In this document: piece after piece, positions 55,101 to 64,000 of the stretch
Numbering within the stretch: the stretch's first letter is position 1
Layout of the letters: every line of letters begins with the position of its first letter
Position numbers and translations under genes: made by a program
The notes under the pieces: model-generated
Seen by the model: the letters and a program-made list of their open reading frames with translations, nothing else
What the model was told of the DNA's origin: nothing
The model's database searches: none
Assembly: GCA_002633005.1 (NCBI GenBank)
Contig: NMRA01000176.1
Coordinates: 124,001-188,000 of the forward strand
Direction of reading: 5' to 3'
Origin: Phoronis australis
Taxonomy: Eukaryota; Animalia; Phoronida
Length of the DNA: 64,000 nt

Positions 55101-58100
55101 AGCTTAGATGCGTTTACACAGACAGTGTCTCCATCTTTTGATAACATTATACTATCTAATTAGCTAAACTGTCCTTTGTGGAAACATTAGAATTAATGAC
55201 ATGAATCGTGGAAACCTTGTAATTAACTGCAAATGCTTGATTCGCGTGCAAAATTTCTTTGTATATGCAAGGGGAAGCATTCGAGATCAGTAGTGTCGAC
55301 CCGTATTTGCATGAATTATAAGCTGTGCAAATTTATGCAATGACCTGCATTTTGGTTTCATTAAGTCACTGACCACAAACACATGGGTGCGAATATCAAG
55401 ATGATCTGGATGAAGTGCCCCGGAAGGTAGTCGCGAACAGAAACTGAATTTTGGATGATGGTAGCCATTATTTGCATAAACTATGCACATTTAATGCGCA
55501 ACAGCCTGAAAATTGATTTCATAGAATTAATTGACCATACCAACATAAGAGAAAATATCACTATCATTTACCTGTGCAGTTTCTCATACCAGCGATAAGC
55601 ACAAGCAGATTTTTACATAATGGCGGACTTAATATAAAAAAGCATAAAGTATGCAAATTCACGATTTATCTACCTGTAACTTAGATTCACTGAAGTCACT
55701 GACTTTGGAGACGTAGATATAAGCATCAAAACAATCTATCTATGATGCTTGGTAAGAAAGTCATCAAAAAAACCCTAAATTTTGCGTTATGGCAGCCTCA
55801 AAAGTTGCATATATGAAAAATGCTCAACTTTGTCAAGATTACAGTTTAGCTAAACTGCTCCATGGGCGTCACTTCAACATGAAACAAAACAAGAGCATCG
55901 CAGAGCGTTGAAATGCGCCCACGAATGCATCGCAAACGGTGTTCTTTTAGGGTTGTTTATTTGTGTCATAAAAATGACCACTTGGTGGCACAAAAACGTA
56001 CAATCCATCTAAAACTGGGAACACGTCATAGCTTCTTTAATAGAAAGATATTCACCAAATTTCATAGAAATCTGTCTCGGAAATTCAGAGAAACAAATGA
56101 AAACAGAATCATATGAAATTGACAATAGGGGCACAGTGTTCATTGGATCCGCCTGAAAGTCGTTATTGTCTGTTATTAGCTTCACATAAATACACTTACT
56201 AAATTTAATAAAGATCCAGCGGTGGGTTTAGGAGATACAGCTATGGGCGCAAAACAAAACAAAACTACCATTGGAGACGCAACAGTAGTCAAAGTCATCA
56301 TCGTCAACATCCCAGAGAAAGCCAATTTTCAAAACCATCCTGAGAATTATTTGGTTGATAGAGAGGTGGACACCAAAGAAAAACAGACTCGAAAACAGCA
56401 AAAATGGCTACTAGGTGGTGCAAAATACCTCGATTCCATCCAAAAATGGGAGGATAGCGTCGTCTAACCAACAGATGCCTGTATCCAAAATTTTATGAAA
56501 ATCCACTGAGGACCCTTGAAGAAACAGAGGAAAACGTAAAATCTAAAATTGCCACCAGGGGGCACACCAGTAGTGAGATTCGTCCGAAAACCGTCGTTGT
56601 TCTTTGTCAACATCATATGAATACTCCTCTAAAATTTAGTAAAGATCCTGCGAACAGTTTAAGAGCTGCAGCCATGGGCGCAAAAAAACGAAACTGCACT
56701 AGGAGGCACCACAGTCGCTTAAGTCATCGGAAAATCATCGTCAGCCGTCCACTTCATAATAAAAACATACATGCCAATTTTCACAATTATCCTGAAAGCG
56801 ATTTGGTTGATAGAGGGGTAGACTCCAAAAAACAAACTCGAAAACGGTAAAAATGGCCTCTAGGTGGCGCAAACTACGTCGAATCCATACGAAAATGAAA
56901 AGATAGCGTCACCACACTAACAGAAGCCTGTACGCCATTTTTTTGAAAATACATTGAGGACCTTTGAAGATACAGAGGTTAACCTAAAAAAATAAAATTG
57001 CCACCAGGGGGAACACCAGTAGTCAAATCTGTCCGAAAGTCGTCGTCATCTTTTGTCAACATCATATAAATGCACTTACTAAATTTAGTAAAGATCCTGC
57101 TGACCTTTTAGGAGATACAGCCATAGGCGAAAAAAAGCTGCCACTAGGAGGCGCCACAGTCGTCGAAATCATCGGAAAATCATCGCCAGCCGTCTTCTTT
57201 ATAGTAAGAACATACGTGCCAATTTCCACAATCATCCTCAGAGCGGTTTGGTTGATAGAGGGGGGACGCCTAAAAACAGACTCGAAAACAGTAAAAATGG
57301 CCACTAGGTGGCGAAAACTACGTCGAATCTATCCGAAAACGGGATATCGTCATCTCACTAATAGATACCTACATGCCAAATTTTATGAAAATACGCTGAA
57401 AGACCTTTGAAGATATAGAGGTAGGCCCTAAGCGTAAAAAACTAAAATTGCCACTAGGGGCACACCGGTAGGCGGATCCATCGGAAAGTTCGCTCATGCC
57501 GTCCCATTCATAAAAGGAACACATGTGCAAAATTTCATGATGAACATACGTCAAAGGTTGTTTTGGAGTTAGGGCAGCTGACGCCGGACGCGGACACCAG
57601 ACGCGGGCGCCGGACGCATATGAATATGTGGGCGCATAAAAACTTACACTTACCCTATGGATGGCTACTAAGCTGTATTGCTATAGGTGACTTTAAAACC
57701 AGAGATATTTTAGATACAAGACTGCGATTCTGGCATTGCAGCGGAATAAACCAAGAACCAAAATCATTGCGAGTTAAAGTACCTGACGCCAAGAGTCTGC
57801 TCTTTGTCCAAAAATCCAAGTCTTTTGGCTCCCCCCTTGCCGTGGCCAACGTTCATGGAATCCACTGTTAGTACTAGGGTCCTGTACCCACTGCGTTCAG
57901 CGCGTCGGATGTACTCTCGTATGAAATCGCGTTCGAAGAAATACCTGTACATTAAAATGATGGAACGGAGAGTTACCCCGTGAAGTGGAGACTATTCATT
58001 GTGTTTAGGGAGATGAGTGCAGAAATCAAAGAGACTACGATATTACACATGTTTGGGACAATACCTATGACGTACAACGAAAATACTTGAGACGTAGATT

Positions 58101-59690
58101 TAACATACCACCAGGATTTTCCGTAGATAAGCCCATGGGCGTGTATTCGGAAAATGAAAATTTGCAGGCGTTTTAGTAAAACCAAATAAAAGCCCGGTCA
58201 CTTATTTGGAAGGGGGGGGGGGTGTAATCGGACGGTCATAGTTTTACTTAAAACTGTGTTTCTGAATTTTATGTTAATAAATGCATAATTCGTCAACAGC
58301 TTTGTTCGTTTTTATGTATAAATGCTCCATAAAGCTGAATTTGTGACAAAACGTTGATTGGGAGTGGGTTTTCAAACTCCGACTAATCTTATAGAACAAC
58401 CAGACCATGTTTAACACCACTGAGAAACTTAGGGAAATCCTGAGTGCATCCGGATATTGACCCATTTGTCGCACGTGTTACTATCGGATTGCGTATGTAG
58501 TGCTTTGAAGATACATTCATCCCTTTATAATACAGGATGAGTTATTTCAATCGAAAGATGTCCCTACGTAACTTTTCGCCCTATTTGTGTTTGGCTGATT
58601 TTACTATTGGTTTTACTTTTTAAAAAGTGCGCAGGGTTTCCGCGGAAACCTCATCAATATGGCGGCAGTTGAGTTACATGAGTCATCTGTGACTCACTAC
58701 TGCGGCTATTTCAGGTGGTGGTGCACCACTAAAAATAAAACTTAAGTTAAAATATCCGATGTTAGTGAAATTTTTTGAATGAAAATTATATGGGCTTACA
58801 TTTCGATTGAACTAACTGCGTTAAAATCCGTTCAGGAAGTTTTTAACTAAAATGAAACTGAAATAGTACCATTAAAATTGAATTTCTATAACGTATGACA
58901 CTTTCATTCATGCATCATACCAGTTCCTTGGAAAAGGTATCCGCTTACATTTGTATCCAGTGATGTCCTCTTGGCACATTCGCAACAACGTCTTCGAGCT
59001 TCTCTGACGAAAATATGCCAACAGTTGATATGGTTCCAAGGTCTTGAGCAGCTGCAAACCGGATGAGCACTGAGAAAATGATTACTATTCAAGAAGAAGA
59101 CTCATGTTTCTGGATGTTTCTTGCGTTTGAACAGCGACAAGAGGAGGCGAGTATAAGTTTACGGCAAACTGGCGACCATGTAACACGCGTTGCCGAGTCG
59201 TTCAGGTGTTTCATTCAAGAAATGACCTCCCTATGTTAAAGGCAACATTATGGGGAGCACAGGCAAATTCACATTTTCGCCTTCCCACCTCCCATTTCTA
59301 CTAATCCCACTGTCGACATAATGTCACATTTCCTCTTGATCGCCACAACCCTACTCCCTACGGTAGTCGTCAATTTCTTAACTGGCCTCGCTCCACCATG
59401 GAGCTAACCTACGTGTCCAGCTATGCCCCATACCCTCTCCCTGCGTTATGTACACTTTCTGTGATACAAGCGTTCAAACAGGCATGCACATCTATTATTG
59501 TTGAAAGGACAAGTATTAATAGAACCCACCTCGAGCTATTCCAATTCCACCGCTAGGGTGCGCCGTCCCAGTGAGACCCATGGGCGAAATGCATATGGGC
59601 ATGTCTATGTTTCTTCCTAATATAGTCGTTCTTATGTCGGCGGGCTTAGAAAGCACATCTTTCTGCAGCAGCCTTGGTCGAATGCGAAAT
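49084..59690 (-). CDS. HAO1: FMN-dependent 2-hydroxy-acid oxidase (HAO/glycolate oxidase family), peroxisomal; first exon not found in window
   Basis: Exons 59690-59530 (FRIRPRLL...TTILG...MPICISP), 59051-58949 (LEDV...HWIQ), 57944-57783 (MY...[16 protein letters not shown]), 54077-53947 ([20 protein letters not shown]), 53151-53060 ([15 protein letters not shown]), 50466-50299 ([27 protein letters not shown]), 49224-49084 ([16 protein letters not shown]...MALAGC...ARL*). C-terminal ARL is a PTS1 signal. The family is secure; HAO1 vs HAO2 orthology is not. Confidence 0.9.
49778..49965. repeat. Tandem repeat, ~72-75-bp unit, about 2.5 copies
   Basis: TAGACTGA..TCCCAGGAAA.TTGTTACAAGGCAGGTCG recurs at about 49778, 49850 and 49925. 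Confidence 0.9.
50620..51200 (+). mobile_element. Decayed Penelope-like retroelement 3' end (GIY-YIG endonuclease)
   Basis: Frameshifted translation [23 protein letters not shown] / [30 protein letters not shown]...YRHC fits the PLE GIY-YIG pattern VVY-x-I-x-C-xx-C-xxx-YIG-x-T-x-R-x-L-xx-R-xx-EH. Antisense within an HAO intron. Confidence 0.8.
51146..51185 (+). ncRNA. Minimal hammerhead ribozyme motif of the Penelope-like element
   Basis: CTGATGA-T-GTCT(AATGAAA)AGAC-GAAAC-GTT: catalytic core, 4-bp stem II and palindromic AACGTT stem III, downstream of the PLE ORF where such ribozymes typically lie. Confidence 0.65.
51663..51780 (+). repeat. GGCGGATCC-type MITE fragment
   Basis: Reverse-complement match to 38686-38806. 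Confidence 0.7.
52101..52156. repeat. (GT)n microsatellite
   Basis: Directly visible. Confidence 0.95.
55888..57642 (-). mobile_element. Non-autonomous Helentron/HINE (pearl/DINE-like) element with internal tandem array
   Basis: One end AACAAGAG + small hairpin + ATGCGCCCAC; the other end GTGGGCGCAT, giving a subterminal inverted repeat. Interior has about three ~430-450-bp tandem units (AAATTGCCAC.AGGGG at ~56546, ~56995, ~57445) and a GACGC-rich simple repeat at ~57580-57620; flanks are A-rich. Confidence 0.65.
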
Positions 59691-60449
59691 CTGCACACAG
59701 AAATTTTAAATTTCTGTTGAAACACTAAAGGAAGCTGAGATGCAGAAAACGGGATGCAGGTGATGATTATGAACAATTTAATAAACACATGGATTGTACA
59801 TAAATATATACAAACAAACGCTTCGGTTAGAACTTAAACAATCGTCTGCACTGACAGGCAGAATCATAAAAGACACATGGTATTTGTAGTCTATGCAATC
59901 AACGACTGAGAGGTAAAAGAGAGGTGAGGGCCGGGATCAGGGTCGCACAAACCATTGTGTAGCGGGATTCGTGGCTAGGGTTGTAATTTGGATGAGTCGA
60001 CGTGATATTTTCAATGAGTTTAATGGATGTTTTTAATTCGTTAATATGCAGGAGGCCGGGGGTGGGTTACAATTATTCAAGACTTGGGTACGATTACGTT
60101 AACGATTTGGCCGTCCAGAATCTCCCTTGACCTCTTTCGCCCTCTAGTCGTTGCCAATTTCGCATCCACCATGGGTGTGTGGATTCTACTGCTCAAAGAA
60201 GGGGCCAAACTCGGGGAAGCAGCCACCACAAATCGGATGCACATGTTTGAAAATTTAAGCGTTACACTATTTAGATTCAAACACGTTACATGGGGTACGC
60301 TTTTAGGATATGATTTTGATCTTTCAGTTAGTATTTTTATGAAATCCACATTCTAGTCCGGGAGCAAAATGCTGACAATGTTTTTTACTTAACCTGGATT
60401 TGTCGGATAAAGTTTTTGTCTTTGCTTTTTCACGTAGCCTAGGCACATT

Positions 60450-61545
60450 TCNCGCAAACCTTGAGCATTTTTTAAAATATGCAAATTAAGCAAAATTATG
60501 CAAAATTCTATCTTTGCTTATATATCCTTACCAAGCACTGCAGCCTGATAATTTTGGTGTTTTTACCCATGTTTGCATGGTCAACAAATTTAATGGTGTA
60601 AGTTTTTTTGGTGTATACATTGTCAATTTACATAATTTACGCAAATTAAGGCCGTCATTATGCAAAATTCTATTTTTGCTTATAACTTCCTCGTCAAGCA
60701 CTGCATGCAGGTTATTTTGATGCTTTAACTCATGTTTCCATGGTCAACGAATTTAATAGTGAAAGTTTTTGGGTGGATAAATCGTCAATTTGCATAATTT
60801 ATGCAAATTAATGCCGCCATTATTTAAAAATTTACTTGTTCTAATAGCCATGGTACCAATCATCACTGGTGACTTATCATGATGTTTGCACTTATGTTTC
60901 TATGGTCAATTAGTTTAATGAAATCTGTTTGCATGTTGTTGTATGATAAATTTGCATAATTAATGCAAATTAAGGCCACCATTATTCAAAATTATACTTT
61001 TCTTAAAACGCCCTTACCAGGCACTTCAGACAGGTTACTTTAATGTTTTCACATATGCTTCCATGGTCAGTGAATTTAATGGACCTCGTTTGCTGGTGGT
61101 TACATCATGAATTTAAATAATATATGCAAATTCAGGCCGCCATTATTCAAAATTCTACCTTTATTTATAGCTGAAGTATCAGGCACCCCAAGTAAACTAT
61201 TTTAACGTCTTTACCCAATGTTTCTGTGAAATCAGTTGGTAAATTGTTGCATGATGAATTTTCATAATTTATAAAAATAAAGGACAGAAGTATTCCATAC
61301 ACTGTTTCTGTTCAAAATTTCCTTAAGGGCATTTACATGTACATTATTTTCAAATTTATCTCATGTTTTCATGGGCATCATGAATTTCCATAATTGATAA
61401 TTCACTCAAATTACAACATTCATATCAAAAATTCTACTGCATCAGACACCAGAGGTTAGTTATAAATATTTACACCCATGTTTCAATGGTCAATGAATTT
61501 AATGAAATCTTACAGGTTGTAGCATGATAAATTTGCAGAATCTCC
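60450..61545. repeat. Degenerate satellite array, ~162-bp unit
   Basis: ATGGTCA recurs at about 60577, 60740, 60902 and 61063, with shared TGCATAAT..ATGCAAATTAA.GCC blocks; the array decays to the right. Confidence 0.8.
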
Positions 61546-61779
61546 TTTTTGATGATGAAGTAAAAAAATATTTGGTGTTGTGCGTTCTGCAGTTGGAGAC
61601 CTTAGATTCCAAAAAATATATTGCCTGTTGCTCTGTGCTCCCACAGATCATAGAAGAAACGCAGATTAGTTTAATGACTTGGAATGGGGATCAGTTTAAA
61701 GGGAGAACATTCATGAGGCACGAAAATAGTAGTGAGTGTATAGTTGGGAATTGCCCTCAAAGGAGAGACCCATAAGCTT

Positions 61780-62760
61780 TGAGCACAAGTTGCCATTTGT
61801 CCTACAAGATTGAAACAGATCTTGGAGAGATGGAGAGCGGTAACATTAGATCTTGTACTAAAACCTATCGCACAGAAGAAAGTAAGGCACGTCTTGATGC
61901 ACATGCCCAGGATATTCCACGAATCTGTCAAAAGTAGATAGCAGCTACATCAATCTATTGGATCCCAAAGTCCACCCCAAAGACGCTGTAATGAACATTA
62001 CCAGTGACTAGATTGCTACTCCAACAGTTAATGTAGGCCTACATGAAACAAGTATTGGACAGCCAATGTTATCAGACTTCGAGAGAGGCTAGCAGTATGT
62101 TAGGAACACAAGTACATATATGTAGGTAATCATGATGACGATCCTTGTCCCTTAATACAGTACAAGGTCATTGGAGACATCCCACGAAGAAGCTAGCTCC
62201 ATTATTGTGCAATATGACGTGAAATGTGCATACATGTATGAACTTAACAAATTTTAGGTTGTTTCGGATGACAAAAATGTATTTGTCCTTCGACTGCATT
62301 ACTAAGACAAGGAACATCTTCAAATACCACAACCATGAAATCACCTGGTAAGAGTAGAACAGTCGTAGACATACATGTAAAGTTAACACTGGAAACATTG
62401 AGCGATATTGTGAAGGTCTCCTCCCTGTCCAGGTGCTGCAGGGGTGTAACACGATACATCGTTAAAATATTGAAGACTGGACATGATCTGTCTGCCATCG
62501 GCACTTTTGATGCACATTTTTCTGATGTCATGAAACAGGCCACTAAATGTATGTGTGCCTGTTATGGAATGAAGAGAATCAGGAAGATGTCAGGAACCAG
62601 ACTACTGGTATGGGGAACAGAAATGGCAAGAAATATATGTCCGTCCCAAACTGTCACCGACAACAGAAGCATTCACAGAGAATGTAAACGTAAACAGAGC
62701 CCATTAACAGTGAGTCATGTGGTGGAATTTCATCAGCACTAGATTCAGAAGACCATGAAT
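61780..62760 (+). mobile_element. Decayed Academ-like DNA transposase fragment
   Basis: Interrupted translations VMNITSD*IATPTVNV...IGQPMLSDFE, VVSDDKNVFVL..HY (DDTDVFVL-like), MKSP...RTVVDI, QAT..MCACYG...MSGTRLLVW and PTTEAFTENV..RAH resemble the C-terminal half of Academ transposases; stops, frameshifts and deletions are present. Confidence 0.6.
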
Positions 62761-63144
62761 GGAAGAAAAATGCCATAAACAAATCACTCTCATCATCTAG
62801 GATTCCGCATGGTGTCCAACTCGCTCCTATTGCCTACTGGTGATTATTAGGTGTGTCTGCAATGGTCATATTCCACGCCAAGTTAAGTAGGTACAGTTGT
62901 AGTGTCAATTTTCTACCCCGCACAATATTTTCGGCACGTTATACTGTAGTGTGCTCACGTTCCGAGTGTTGAATTAGCATTTGGAACGTCTTGTGTCATG
63001 GTCTCTATTAGATACATTATGTGCTGTGTTTATGGAATAGCGGATTTGCAGCGACGCCATATTGAAATTAGGTTAAAATGGTGCATTGTGGGTGCTGTGG
63101 TCAGGATTCCGAAAGCGGCCATAGTAACAAGCATAATAAGCGGT

Positions 63145-63900
63145 ATGAGCGCGAAGAAAACTTACGGCGAATACACTTGTTGTGTTCCTGGCTGCTTCAA
63201 AAACAACAAGAGAGATAAAAATCTGAATTTTTATGAGTTCCCTGCGAGCCAAGAATTTCGTGAAAAATGGATAAACAACATTAGGAGAGCTGGGAGTAAG
63301 GGGAGATTTAGCGCATTCAAACCAACGCGGGGCCATCTAGGGGCTACAATACTTCCATTCGCTTTCTGTACTCATTTCGTTACTTCAGTGTATTTCAAAC
63401 GGGCCGTGACCGGATTTGTGTTACCGATTTCGAGTTTTCACCTCGTCAAAAATACATTCTACACTTAAAACTATCATTTAAAAAANNNNNNNNNNNNNNN
63501 NNNNNNNNNNNNNNNNNNNNNNNNNNNNNNNNNNNNNNNNNNNNNNNNNNNNNNNNNNNNNNNNNNNNNNNNNNNNNNNNNNNNNNNNNNNNNNNNNNNN
63601 NNNNNNNNNNNNNNNNNNNNNNNNNNNNNNNNNNNNNNNNNNNNNNNNNNNNNNNNNNNNNNNNNNNNNNNNNNNNNNNNNNNNNNNNNNNNNNNNNNNN
63701 GTTAAGCAACCCAAGAACTCTCAACTTGTCTAAAACCGGAGGAGATTTCGAAAACAACGCCGATAGCCCCAATACTGAACATGACGACAGTCGTGCCCTC
63801 GGTCACACGGTCACTGATCATAGCTACGCTGTGTTTACAAACGAGAGAGAGGACTTGCTTGGTATTATAAAGCAAAAAAATGAAACATGGTTTTTAGTTT
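63145..63900 (+). pseudogene. THAP zinc-finger protein, probably transposon-associated, interrupted by an insertion and an assembly gap
   Basis: CCVPGC...LNFYEFP...REKWINNIRR...FKPTRGH is a THAP N-terminal part, but the closing CxxHF is missing because a repeat starts at 63338. After the gap comes DHSY (HCF-1-binding [DE]HxY motif typical of THAP proteins), then a short helical segment. Confidence 0.7.
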
Positions 63901-64000
63901 GCAAATCACTCCAAATGCACACACTATCCAGCCTGCTCAAGACACGGCCTGACCACAAGCTATCCCATGAGCCTTCGCGCAGGAAGTAACTCGCACATGC

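Noticed and set aside
60077-60356. Overlapping 90-aa ORFs as the missing HAO exon 1
   Set aside because: No similarity to the HAO N-terminus (DFE...DYY.SGA..E.TL..N..AF).

Overview
AT-rich, intron-rich animal genomic DNA, probably from a non-vertebrate metazoan; the species cannot be determined from the sequence. It has three N-gaps (38234-38685, 40500-40796, 63486-63700). Most six-frame ORFs are spurious, so genes were rebuilt by hand from GT-AG exons with consistent phases. From left to right: (1) the 5' part of a minus-strand secreted/membrane protein with a signal peptide and an (SYR)n repeat; (2) a 12-exon SKAP1/2-like adaptor (dimerisation-PH-acidic/YDD-SH3) on +; (3) an 8-exon metaxin-2 on -, tail-to-tail with SKAP; (4) an intronless FRAT/GBP-like GSK3-binding protein on +; (5) a peroxisomal FMN-dependent 2-hydroxy-acid oxidase (HAO-like) on -, with unusual active-site substitutions and no first exon found; (6) a decayed Academ-like transposase and an interrupted THAP-domain gene. 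Introns and intergenic DNA hold MITEs, palindromes, a Helentron/HINE-like element, satellites and a Penelope-like relic with a hammerhead core. Highlights: the invertebrate FRAT-like gene, the adjacency of SKAP and MTX2 (both flank the Hox1 end of vertebrate Hox clusters), the (SYR)n secreted protein, and a ~500-bp inverted repeat spanning almost all of SKAP intron 1. Homology calls rest on recalled family motifs; no database search was run.
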